A DNA stretch of 64,000 nt, taken from the NCBI GenBank assembly GCA_012522435.1, contig JAAYKK010000096.1, forward strand, positions 13,773-77,772, in the 5' to 3' direction. Shown here piece by piece: positions 27,008-36,250 of this stretch (its first letter is position 1; every line of letters begins with the position of its first letter). The position numbers were made by a program, and so were the translations under genes. The stretch comes from Clostridiaceae bacterium (lineage in GTDB: Bacteria; Bacillota; Clostridia; Saccharofermentanales; DTU023). The notes under the pieces are model-generated. The model saw only the letters and a list, made by a program, of their open reading frames with translations. It was not told the DNA's origin and ran no database searches.

Positions 27008-29656
27008 ATGAACGAAAGACCAAATAATAAAAAAAATCCTTCAAGAAGAGATAATCAAAAACGCAATAGAGGCCGGAGAAGAAGAGTTAAACGCAATCAA
27101 TCTCAAGTCCTTAATTCAGGTCGTCCAGATCAAAGATTGCAATCTAGGAATACTGGTATTGTTAATAATGGAGACAATACATCAAGTCGTAAATATAATA
27201 GAAAACAATCAAAGAAATCCGATTTTTTAAAACGAAATCAGAATATACATAAAGATGTAAGTACAACATATAAAAACTCTAAAAATTCATCTAATGCTGG
27301 ATCTAAAAGAAATAGTAATAAGAATAGATACAAAATCAGAATAAATCGTAAAGCCATCTTATTCGTTTCTACCTTGATACTTTTTGTATTAATTTATTAT
27401 GTGACTGTTCTTTATGATGTTCAGGTTAATAAACATGATGAGATGTCCCAAATGGCAAATGATCAGTATTATCGCAAAATAAAAACTCCACCCAAACGGG
27501 GTGACATTTTGGATAGAAATGGAAGAATACTGGCCACCACAACTAATATTTATCGAATAGGTATAACTCCGAAACATGTTTATTCTTTAATCAATACTCA
27601 ATCTGAAACAGAAATAGGCGAGACCCTTGCCGGTGTCTTAGGAATTGCTCCTCAAGATGTAAAGAGAGAACTGGCTAAAAAAGATGAAACATATATTCAA
27701 TTAGCTAAAGATGTTTCGCAGGATAAAGCTGAGCTTTTAGAAGAATATTTACTTATAAATCAAATTGGGGGAGTTAGACTTGATCCTGAACCGCAACGTG
27801 TCTTTTTTAACGATAATGTTGCAAGTCAGATTATCGGATTCTCCAGTTTGAACGGTGATGTGCTTGAAGGCAGATTAGGTGTTGAGTATGAATTAAATAG
27901 TATCTTGTCGGGTCAAGCCGGCTTCTCTTTCGGAGCCAGAGATAATTATTCTAAATCCGGTTTATTGCCGTTTTCAGAATCAACTGAACAAACAACCCGA
28001 GATGGCTATAATGTTACTCTTACGCTCGATTATGAAATTAGCAAACAACTCCAAGAATATCTGGAACGAGCCATTGTTTCTTTAGAAGCAAAAAAACAAG
28101 GCATGGGATTAATTATGGATGTTGAAAATGCGGAGATACTTGGAATTGCCTCATATCCGTATTTTTCCAGTGCTGATCCAACCGCAAAACCAACCGGTAT
28201 TGAATATGAAGCTGAATGGGAACCTACAGAACAGGAAACGATTGATTTTCTGATGGAAAATGTCTGGCGAAATAAAGCTATTTCTGATTTGTTTGAAGTA
28301 GGTTCCACTTTTAAAATTGTCACTGCTGCTATGGGTATGGAAGAGAATATAACCCATGAAGAAAAATTATATAGTGATGATCCGATTGATGTTTTAGATT
28401 ATACGATAAGTTGTTACACCGGGGATGGGCATGGTACAGAGACTCTTGCTGATGCTTTTACCAGATCATGTAATCCCCCCTTTGTTCAAATTTCACTGGA
28501 TCTGGGAGTTGAAAAGTTCTATGATTATGTAGATGCTTTTGGTTTCACCGAGGCATCAGGTGTTCAGTTACCGGGTGAAGCCAAGAATATGTTTCATGAA
28601 AATCCTTCACTGATTGATATGGCAACCCTTGCTTTTGGCGAACAGTCTCAATTTAATTTAGTCAGTTATTCCAAAGGTTTAAGTTCGATTGTTAATGGTG
28701 GAAACCTGATAACTCCAACTATTGTTAAACAGATTACTGATCAACAAAACCGAATAGTCCAAACCTTTGAGCCCCAAGTTGAGCGTAGAGTGATCTCTGA
28801 AAACACATCAAAAAGGGTAAACAAATTACTGCAAAGAAATGACATTATGCAGGGTATTAATAAGGTCAGTCCCGGTTATTCTTTAGGAGGCAAAACCTCA
28901 ACCTCAACTGACGAAGTTACGGATAGTCTGACAATGTCATATGTGAGTTTTGCACCGATTGATAATCCGAAGATAATGACTATTTTAGTTGTGCAGGATA
29001 TCGGAAGATCAGAAGCATATAGTGATAATATGGTTAGTCCCGTATCCGGATTGACTAATTGGGTGCTTGATTATTTAAGTATTGAGAGAAACTATACAGA
29101 AAATCAATTGCAAACTATGCAAGAAACAGTAGCAATGCCGGATATTTACGGTCAAACTTTGGAGGAAGCAACCTATAATTTAAACTATCAATCAATTATT
29201 ATTAAACCGGGTGTGCCGGATATGAAATCGGATGATCCTATACTTGCATTTGCTCCAAAAGCAGGTACTGCATTGCATCATGGTTCAACTGTTTATGCTT
29301 ATCCGGATATTGAAATAGCTGAAGATTTAGTAATTGTACCCGATTTTACGGGTAAAAGCTTTAACGAATGTATTCTTACTGCGGAAAAAGCGGGAGTAAT
29401 CGTTCAGTTTGAGGGAGATGTTACCGCTTTAGCTGTTTCCCAAACTATTGCAGATCCGGATGGTATAGTAATAATCGATGAAGATATAGAAAATGAACAA
29501 ACTGAAACTTCCGAGCAAGCATTAGCGGAGGATCAAGAAATAGAAGATGAGCAACCAGAGGATAATATGAGGGATGAGGATCAGAAAGTTCAATATGTGC
29601 AAAGAGGCAGCATCATAAAAGTTGTTCTCGGATCCGGATCCACGTCTTCAGAGTAA
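27008..29656 (+). CDS. Class B penicillin-binding protein (PBP2B/FtsI-type) with two PASTA domains
   Basis: 882 aa. TM helix near residue 120, dimerisation domain, transpeptidase motifs STFK and SCN, and a third motif that reads KTS. Two C-terminal PASTA-like repeats. The N-terminal ~110 aa are highly basic and the C-terminal tail is acidic. Confidence 0.9.
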   Translation: MNERPNNKKNPSRRDNQKRNRGRRRRVKRNQSQVLNSGRPDQRLQSRNTGIVNNGDNTSSRKYNRKQSKKSDFLKRNQNIHKDVSTTYKNSKNSSNAGSKRNSNKNRYKIRINRKAILFVSTLILFVLIYYVTVLYDVQVNKHDEMSQMANDQYYRKIKTPPKRGDILDRNGRILATTTNIYRIGITPKHVYSLINTQSETEIGETLAGVLGIAPQDVKRELAKKDETYIQLAKDVSQDKAELLEEYLLINQIGGVRLDPEPQRVFFNDNVASQIIGFSSLNGDVLEGRLGVEYELNSILSGQAGFSFGARDNYSKSGLLPFSESTEQTTRDGYNVTLTLDYEISKQLQEYLERAIVSLEAKKQGMGLIMDVENAEILGIASYPYFSSADPTAKPTGIEYEAEWEPTEQETIDFLMENVWRNKAISDLFEVGSTFKIVTAAMGMEENITHEEKLYSDDPIDVLDYTISCYTGDGHGTETLADAFTRSCNPPFVQISLDLGVEKFYDYVDAFGFTEASGVQLPGEAKNMFHENPSLIDMATLAFGEQSQFNLVSYSKGLSSIVNGGNLITPTIVKQITDQQNRIVQTFEPQVERRVISENTSKRVNKLLQRNDIMQGINKVSPGYSLGGKTSTSTDEVTDSLTMSYVSFAPIDNPKIMTILVVQDIGRSEAYSDNMVSPVSGLTNWVLDYLSIERNYTENQLQTMQETVAMPDIYGQTLEEATYNLNYQSIIIKPGVPDMKSDDPILAFAPKAGTALHHGSTVYAYPDIEIAEDLVIVPDFTGKSFNECILTAEKAGVIVQFEGDVTALAVSQTIADPDGIVIIDEDIENEQTETSEQALAEDQEIEDEQPEDNMRDEDQKVQYVQRGSIIKVVLGSGSTSSE

Positions 29657-29668
29657 TGAGGAGGGAAC

Positions 29669-31144
29669 ATGGCTAGATTTATACCTGCCCAATTGCAGAC
29701 TTGGACGGAGGGGCTTTTACTTCAAACGCCTGAAGCACAACAACATAGTGAAAGATTTTATCGTGGAATTTCAACCGATACAAGAACTTTACGATCAGGT
29801 GAAGCTTTTTTAGCATTAGTTGGCGATAGCTTTGATGGTCATAATTTTGTGGAGCAAGCAATTGCTAAAGGAAGCAAAATGCTAATCCTTAATGAAAAAA
29901 GTGAACAGGCAATGCAGCTTTATTATGACCTGCGTCATGGCAAAGATGTTCCTGATCTATTGTTGGTTCAAGATACTTTAGGAGCTTATCAGAAAATAGC
30001 TGAAGGTTATCGTTCGACCTTATTAGCTCAGGTAATTGGAATAACCGGAAGTGTCGGTAAAACTACAACCAGGCGAATGGTCGGTGCAATTATCGGCACT
30101 CAGATGAAATTACATCAGACGTCGGAAAATGAAAATAATCAAATCGGATTGCCTTTGACTTTACTAGAAGCAGATGATGAAGACGAAGTTATCTTAGCTG
30201 AAATGGGTATGGATCGCAGGGGAGAAATAAAAACCCTGAGCGATGTTGCACATCCGGATATTGCTATCATTACAAGTGTCGGCTACAGCCATTCAGAATA
30301 TTTAGGCAGCAGACAAAATATCTTGGAAGAAAAAACAGATATTATCAGTGGGATGAAAAGTAACGGGATAGTATTAATTAACGGCCAGGATACACATCTT
30401 AATGCATGGGCGATGAACTTTAAAGGAAGCACTTCAGTTTGGCGAATCTGCAATGAATATGAAGAAATAGGAACAGATTTTGATGATTTCCCAGTCTTTT
30501 GGGCGGAAGAATTAAAAGTAGAAACAACGGGTACATCTTTTATTGCTAAAACTACACTCGATCCTGAGGTTGCTTGGCCGGTCAAAATTAAAACCCCGGG
30601 CAAATATCTGATTAGAGCTGCTCTGTTCGGTTTAGCTACTGCTTACGCTCTAGGCCTAGATATGGACTTAGCAGTTAAAGGTTGTCTTAGATTTTCCAAT
30701 ACCGGTAATCGACAGAGAATAGTGCAGCAAAATGATTTAATCTTAATTGACGATTCGTACAATTCATCACCTGAATCTAATATGGCTGCTCTGGATACAT
30801 TATCCATGATAGCCGGAGATAGACGAAAGATAGCCTGCATGAGTGCAATGCGTGAACTTGGCCAATATGCAGAGGATTTACATACTAATATCGGTTACAA
30901 AATTGCCGATTTAGGAATTGATATATTATTTCTGGTAGGAGAAGAAACCAAATGGGTAGAGATAGGTGTTCAGCAAATAAAGCCGGACTTAACAATCAAA
31001 ACCTTTGCTTCTTCTGATGAGATTGCAGAAGAAATAGTAAAAATAATAGAACCTGGAGATTGCATTTTGGTCAAAGGTTCAAGAAGCTACCAAATGGAAA
31101 AAATCGCCCAGAGAATTGAAGAATGGCAATTTAAGATATCTTAA
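29669..31144 (+). CDS. murF: UDP-N-acetylmuramoyl-tripeptide--D-alanyl-D-alanine ligase
   Basis: ISTDTRTLRSGEAFLAL.G..FDGHNF N-terminus, GITGSVGKTTT P-loop, DDSYNSSPES. Confidence 0.92.
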   Translation: MARFIPAQLQTWTEGLLLQTPEAQQHSERFYRGISTDTRTLRSGEAFLALVGDSFDGHNFVEQAIAKGSKMLILNEKSEQAMQLYYDLRHGKDVPDLLLVQDTLGAYQKIAEGYRSTLLAQVIGITGSVGKTTTRRMVGAIIGTQMKLHQTSENENNQIGLPLTLLEADDEDEVILAEMGMDRRGEIKTLSDVAHPDIAIITSVGYSHSEYLGSRQNILEEKTDIISGMKSNGIVLINGQDTHLNAWAMNFKGSTSVWRICNEYEEIGTDFDDFPVFWAEELKVETTGTSFIAKTTLDPEVAWPVKIKTPGKYLIRAALFGLATAYALGLDMDLAVKGCLRFSNTGNRQRIVQQNDLILIDDSYNSSPESNMAALDTLSMIAGDRRKIACMSAMRELGQYAEDLHTNIGYKIADLGIDILFLVGEETKWVEIGVQQIKPDLTIKTFASSDEIAEEIVKIIEPGDCILVKGSRSYQMEKIAQRIEEWQFKIS

Positions 31145-31198
31145 TCAATGAAGTAGATTTATTGTATTAGTGTTGGCTAAGAAGTCGGAGTAAGTATT

Positions 31199-32191
31199 TT
31201 GGATAAAATAATTTGGTTAAATGGTATATTCATTATTCTATTAACTCTTTTTTTAGGGAAATTGGGTTTGCCATTTTTGCAAAGATTACATTTGGGTCAA
31301 ACGGTACGTTCGGACGGCCCGAAAACACATTTTGTTAAAAGTGGTACACCTACATTCGGCGGTTTGTTTTTTCTAATTCCACTGGCAATTTCGGCATTGA
31401 TCTTGCCTTTTTTTGACCGCAATTGGATTTCCTATAGCTTGATCATCATCTTAATGTTATTATTCGGCTTGATCGGATTTTTGGATGACTATATCAAAGT
31501 AAGAGTAGACAAAGAAGGACTTTCTGTATTTCAGAAAACAATAGGCTTGACACTAATTTGTATCTTATTTGCGGTTTGGTTGTTGTGGTTTTCGGATTTC
31601 GAGCCGTTTATTTATCTTCCTTTTGTAGAAAAAGAAGTTATCATCCAAGGCAATTGGAAATTTGTCTATTTAATTTTTATTATTCTTTATCTGTTTTTTA
31701 TGTCGAATGCAGTAAATATTACAGATGGTTTGGACGGTCTCGCCTCGAGTCTAATGACTGTTTCAGCAATATCCTTAGGTGTTTGTATCTATTTTGTTTA
31801 TTCAATCGGGAAGACAATGCAGCCCATGATAGGCGCCTGTCTTGCATTGGCAGCCGGTTCTATCGGTTTCTTATTTTATAATCACCATCCGGCAAAAGTT
31901 TTTATGGGCGATACCGGTTCTCAGGCATTAGGAGCCGGCTTTGCCGGAATAGCTTTGGTTGTAGGTATGCCCTGGTTAATGATAATTATTGGTCTCATTT
32001 ACATTCTTGAAGCATTGTCAACCTTAGTCCAAGTTGTTTATTTCAAACTTACTTCAGGAAAAAGATTATTTAAAATGGCTCCCTTACATCATCATTTTGA
32101 ATTAAGCGGTTGGGCTGAGCGCAAAGTAGTTAGAAATTTTGTAATAGCAGGTATTGCTTGCGGTATTTTAGGCATCTTAATAGTCTATTAG
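31199..32191 (+). CDS. mraY: Phospho-N-acetylmuramoyl-pentapeptide transferase
   Basis: NAVNITDGLDGLA, MGDTGSQALG and PLHHHFE motifs. TTG start. Confidence 0.95.
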   Translation: MDKIIWLNGIFIILLTLFLGKLGLPFLQRLHLGQTVRSDGPKTHFVKSGTPTFGGLFFLIPLAISALILPFFDRNWISYSLIIILMLLFGLIGFLDDYIKVRVDKEGLSVFQKTIGLTLICILFAVWLLWFSDFEPFIYLPFVEKEVIIQGNWKFVYLIFIILYLFFMSNAVNITDGLDGLASSLMTVSAISLGVCIYFVYSIGKTMQPMIGACLALAAGSIGFLFYNHHPAKVFMGDTGSQALGAGFAGIALVVGMPWLMIIIGLIYILEALSTLVQVVYFKLTSGKRLFKMAPLHHHFELSGWAERKVVRNFVIAGIACGILGILIVY

Positions 32192-32215
32192 TTTTGTTAT
32201 GATGGAGAGGCTGCT

Positions 32216-33583
32216 ATGAAGAGTATTCAAAGAAATAAGAATAATCAATATGATTTAACTCTTAAAGATCCCCGTACTGAAGCTGTGCAAAGAAATAGAG
32301 ATCTTATTAATGAAATGGGACAATTCAGAAGAGTAAACGCTTCATTATTGATTATAACAATTATTCTGGTTTGTTTTGGACTTATTATGCTTTTTTCGGC
32401 AAGTATGAGCACCAGCTTTGCGACTCAAGGAGATAATTCACAATACTATTTTATACGCCAAGGCGGTCTTTTGGCTTTAGGTCTGGGTGTAGGATTATTT
32501 ATAGCTAATTTTGTAGATATTAAATTTTTTAACAACAATTTATTGGTTCTAATCTTATATGGCATAACTTTTTTACTATTAGTAATGGTATTTTTAGGAG
32601 GCAGCAGAAGCACACAGATGGGTGCAACAAGGTGGCTATATATAGGTCCAATAGGTTTCCAACCATCAGAGATAGCGAAGTTTTCGGCAATCTTATTCCT
32701 GTCCAGCTATTTTTCAAAAACAAAACAGGAACGTTCCAAAGGTAAATATAGAGCAAGAACAGCTGCTAAACAATTTTGGTTGGATGGCAGGATTGATTTT
32801 CTGATCCCGGTACTCTTAGTAGGAGTTTGGTTTATCCTTATATTAATTCAGCCTCATCTATCAGGTGCGATAATTTTTGCCGGATTATGTTTTGCTGTTT
32901 TTTTGGCGGCAAGGATACCGTGGAAATCTTGGCTCAGTGGAATTTTGCAATTATTGCCGATTATCTTAGTCCTGATCTTACTTGCAGTTCTAATTTACCC
33001 TGCACTGAACGACGGGGCGTCTTTGACTGATTATGTAGCGGAAAAATTTGCTCACTCGGCAAAAAGACTTGAAACTCATGAAGCAGAAGATCAAGTTTCT
33101 GAGGATCAAAGTTATCAAACCAGACAAGCAGAAATAACAATGGGTACAGGTGGATTAACCGGAGTTGGACTTGGCCAAGGTAGGCAAAAGTACAATTATT
33201 TGCCAATGGTACATAATGACTATATTTTTCCGGCAATCGCTGAAGAACTTGGATTTATCGGCACGATGACGGTTTTGATTTTGTTTGCAATTCAGTTTTT
33301 TCTAGGAGTCAAAATCAGTCTCAATGCTAATTCGGTTTATTCCTCTTTGATTGCTTGGGGATTCTCTTTTTTGATAATTTTTCAAGTTTTATTAAATGTA
33401 GGTGTAGCAACAAAAGTTATCCCGGCAACAGGTATTACTTTGCCTTTCTTCAGTTACGGCGGAACTTCAAATATAATATTTTTAGTTGAGATCGGTATGG
33501 TATTATGTGTATCACGTACCGGCCAGGCAAGTGATCCGGTTTTACGTAAGAACTTAATATCCTCAGCGGGGAAGCAGAGATGA
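32216..33583 (+). CDS. ftsW: SEDS family cell-division protein FtsW
   Basis: 455 aa and polytopic. QPSEIAKF, GGLTGVGLGQG, HNDYIFPAIAEELGFIG and PFFSYGGTS. Located in the dcw cluster. Confidence 0.9.
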   Translation: MKSIQRNKNNQYDLTLKDPRTEAVQRNRDLINEMGQFRRVNASLLIITIILVCFGLIMLFSASMSTSFATQGDNSQYYFIRQGGLLALGLGVGLFIANFVDIKFFNNNLLVLILYGITFLLLVMVFLGGSRSTQMGATRWLYIGPIGFQPSEIAKFSAILFLSSYFSKTKQERSKGKYRARTAAKQFWLDGRIDFLIPVLLVGVWFILILIQPHLSGAIIFAGLCFAVFLAARIPWKSWLSGILQLLPIILVLILLAVLIYPALNDGASLTDYVAEKFAHSAKRLETHEAEDQVSEDQSYQTRQAEITMGTGGLTGVGLGQGRQKYNYLPMVHNDYIFPAIAEELGFIGTMTVLILFAIQFFLGVKISLNANSVYSSLIAWGFSFLIIFQVLLNVGVATKVIPATGITLPFFSYGGTSNIIFLVEIGMVLCVSRTGQASDPVLRKNLISSAGKQR

Positions 33584-34707
33584 AGAACAAAACTTTTTAT
33601 TTAGTTGGCGGTGGCACAAGTGGCCATGTTAATCCTGCCTTGTCAATTGCGGAAGTAATGCAAGAAAAATATCCGGAAAGTAGAATTGTTTTTTTTGTAA
33701 CTGAAACCGGTGTAGAATATGAAATGATAAAAAATGCCGGTTTCCCATGTATTGTGATTGAAGCAAGCCGCTTACCGAGTTCTGTAAATGATTTTTTCTC
33801 TTTTCTAAAAGCTTCACGTTCAGGCTATAAGAGCTGTATCGATGCCATAAAAAAAGATAGACCGGTTGCTATTATCGGAACCGGAGGATTTGTCTGTGCT
33901 CCATTATTGTTAGCAGCAATGCGTCTGAAGGTTCCTTATTTGATCCATGAGCAAAATGCGTTTCCCGGTAAGGCCAACAGATTTTTTGCTAAAAAAGTAA
34001 AAGCAGTTTGCATTTCATTTGAATCGTCCAGAGAACATTTTAACACTGAAGCGCCGATACATTTAACAGGTAATCCGGTGCGAAAGATATTTTTTGATAA
34101 AAACCCGGTTAATGCAAGACAGGAATTGGAAGTTTCTTCTGATAAATTTTTGGTTTTAATGATGGGGGGTAGTCTTGGAGCAACCAGCATCAATCAAGCG
34201 GTTCTCGATTTATTTAAGAAGGGGATTTGGCAGTCACTAAAAAAAGAGTATCCTGAATTAATGTTTGTGATGAGTACAGGCGAGAGAAATTATGATTCAC
34301 TTCGCAATAAATTGGCAAGTTTTGAAACTGAAGATTTTTTGATCAAATCATATTTAGACAGTACAACTTGGTTACCCGCTTCCGATCTCTTCATCGGAAG
34401 AGCAGGTGCATCATCTTGTTTTGAAGCTGCTGCAACTGCAACACCCGCCATTTTTATTCCGTTTCAATATGCGGCAGACAATCATCAATTTTTCAATGCT
34501 AAATCATTCGCCGATCAAAGAGCAGCTATCATGATTGAAGACAAAGATATAAATGCTCAAGTCTTGGCAGATCAAATTGTTTACTTAATTGAGAATCGAA
34601 GACTAATGTATGAAATGAGCAAAAAAGCAAAGTCCTTATCAATGCCGGACGCTGCTTTACATATCGTTGAAATATTAGATCAAGTAATTGATCTAAAACA
34701 AGAATAG
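33580..34707 (+). CDS. murG: UDP-N-acetylglucosamine--N-acetylmuramyl-(pentapeptide) pyrophosphoryl-undecaprenol GlcNAc transferase
   Basis: GGGTSGHVNPAL, HEQNAFPGKANR and GRAGASS motifs. 4-nt overlap (ATGA) with ftsW. Confidence 0.95.
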   Translation: MKNKTFYLVGGGTSGHVNPALSIAEVMQEKYPESRIVFFVTETGVEYEMIKNAGFPCIVIEASRLPSSVNDFFSFLKASRSGYKSCIDAIKKDRPVAIIGTGGFVCAPLLLAAMRLKVPYLIHEQNAFPGKANRFFAKKVKAVCISFESSREHFNTEAPIHLTGNPVRKIFFDKNPVNARQELEVSSDKFLVLMMGGSLGATSINQAVLDLFKKGIWQSLKKEYPELMFVMSTGERNYDSLRNKLASFETEDFLIKSYLDSTTWLPASDLFIGRAGASSCFEAAATATPAIFIPFQYAADNHQFFNAKSFADQRAAIMIEDKDINAQVLADQIVYLIENRRLMYEMSKKAKSLSMPDAALHIVEILDQVIDLKQE

Positions 34708-34718
34708 TATTTAAAGAA

Positions 34719-35624
34719 GTGCAAAACAATAATCAAAAAAAAGCAATAAGACAAATATGCAAACCGAGCGAACAGACTAAAAAAAAGCATAAAGCTAAAC
34801 TTAGCAAACCTCTAATCATAACTTTATGTATCTTCATTTTAGCCTTGTTATTTTTGTTTTTGCCTTTTTTTAGAATTCAGACTATAGAAATAAAAAATGC
34901 AGATTTTGTCTCAGTTGAAAAAATAATCGAACATTCCGGGATCAAAGAAAATCAGCATTTTTTGCAAGGCTTTGGTGGCAAGCTTAATGATTTTTTTGGC
35001 GGACATTATGCAAAAGCAGAAGAAAATATTCGCAAGTCGGTTCCTCAGGTTTCCGATATCTCTATAACATATTCATTTCCAAATACTATTGTATTTGATG
35101 TAGAGGAAAGAATAGCTATAGGGTGGATTAAAATTCCTGATGGTTATTGTACTATCGACAGCAAGGGTGTCGTAATAGAAATCTTAAATCAAGAGCCGGA
35201 CGATTTACCGGTCATAAAAGGTGTAAGAATCATCAATATTAATCTGGGTAAACAGATAGATGTGGATCAATCTGCTTATTTAGAAAATGCAATGTATACA
35301 ATGTCTGCTTTGATCGAAGCAGATTTGGATTTAGAGGGTCAGAAATTATTAAATACAATCCATGAAATTGAACCGACGATTAACGGCAATATTTATTTAT
35401 ATATGGTTTTACATGAACAAGATATTGTTGTGATCTGTAATCAATCTCGTGATTTGAAAAATAATTTCCTCTGGTTGAAGCAATTAGTTAATAGTGAAGC
35501 GATTGCTGATAAAGGTTCAGGAACAATTGATTTACGTGGTAAAACGAGAACATTTAAACCGAACTCTCTAAATGAGGTAACCGAATCGGAAGAAGTAGTT
35601 GAAACTGATGGAGGTACAAGATGA
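34719..35624 (+). CDS. ftsQ: Cell division protein FtsQ/DivIB
   Basis: 301 aa. Basic N-terminus, single TM helix, POTRA-like segment (IQTIEIKNADFVSVEKII) and an FtsQ-type beta domain. GTG start. Confidence 0.85.
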   Translation: MQNNNQKKAIRQICKPSEQTKKKHKAKLSKPLIITLCIFILALLFLFLPFFRIQTIEIKNADFVSVEKIIEHSGIKENQHFLQGFGGKLNDFFGGHYAKAEENIRKSVPQVSDISITYSFPNTIVFDVEERIAIGWIKIPDGYCTIDSKGVVIEILNQEPDDLPVIKGVRIININLGKQIDVDQSAYLENAMYTMSALIEADLDLEGQKLLNTIHEIEPTINGNIYLYMVLHEQDIVVICNQSRDLKNNFLWLKQLVNSEAIADKGSGTIDLRGKTRTFKPNSLNEVTESEEVVETDGGTR

Positions 35625-35980
35625 TCCCGCTAATTGGCTTAATTTTAGGACTAATAATAGGACTATTAATTAATGTCCCGATTCCACAAGCTTATGGCAT
35701 GTATATTGCAATACTGGTTATTTCAACTTTTACTTCATTGACCGCAACAATTGCAGATACTTTAGAGAATGTTTATAACAATAAATATACCTTGATTTCA
35801 TTTTTAGGAAATTCATTTATTTCAATAGTTATTGCCGCTTTAGGTCAACAAATTAATATTCCTTTAAACTATGTAGTTTATTTTGGATTAGGTACTCAGA
35901 TATTCAATAATTTGAGCAGGATTTGGCGACAGATTGCTTTAATAATTGAAGAAAGAAAAGCTAAAACAAAGAAAAATTAA
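35621..35980 (+). CDS. sbp: Small basic protein Sbp (DUF1290)
   Basis: 119 aa. MIPLIGLILGLIIGLLINVPIPQAY..., multiple TM helices and a basic C-terminal tail (EERKAKTKKN). It resembles B. subtilis Sbp/YlxX in sequence pattern and in its position after divIB. Confidence 0.8.
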   Translation: MIPLIGLILGLIIGLLINVPIPQAYGMYIAILVISTFTSLTATIADTLENVYNNKYTLISFLGNSFISIVIAALGQQINIPLNYVVYFGLGTQIFNNLSRIWRQIALIIEERKAKTKKN

Positions 35981-36250
35981 TTTTTTTCCGGATAGTTTGC
36001 ATTCACTGTATAAATTGTAGTAGATTAGGTAATAAGTAAAGTTGTAAGCACTACAAAACAAAGTTGTAATAACTGCAACGATAATGTAATGAAATCAGTT
36101 GTTGTTGGGATTTGTTTAGTGTAAAATTAGTAAATGATATATATTTAATATATTAACAAAACAAATAATTATCCTAAACAATATATAGAAGAGAACTTGT
36201 CATTACATGTTGTTAAGTTCGAAAGGAGTTGTTTCTTGGTGGATTATAGT

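Noticed and set aside
31558-31881. 107-aa alternative-frame ORF inside mraY, with similar internal ORFs at 3714-3932, 9488-9685, 16411-16863, 32827-33030 and 52378-52560
   Set aside because: All lie within strongly supported genes in other frames, and they lack SD sequences and recognisable motifs. They are typical chance ORFs.
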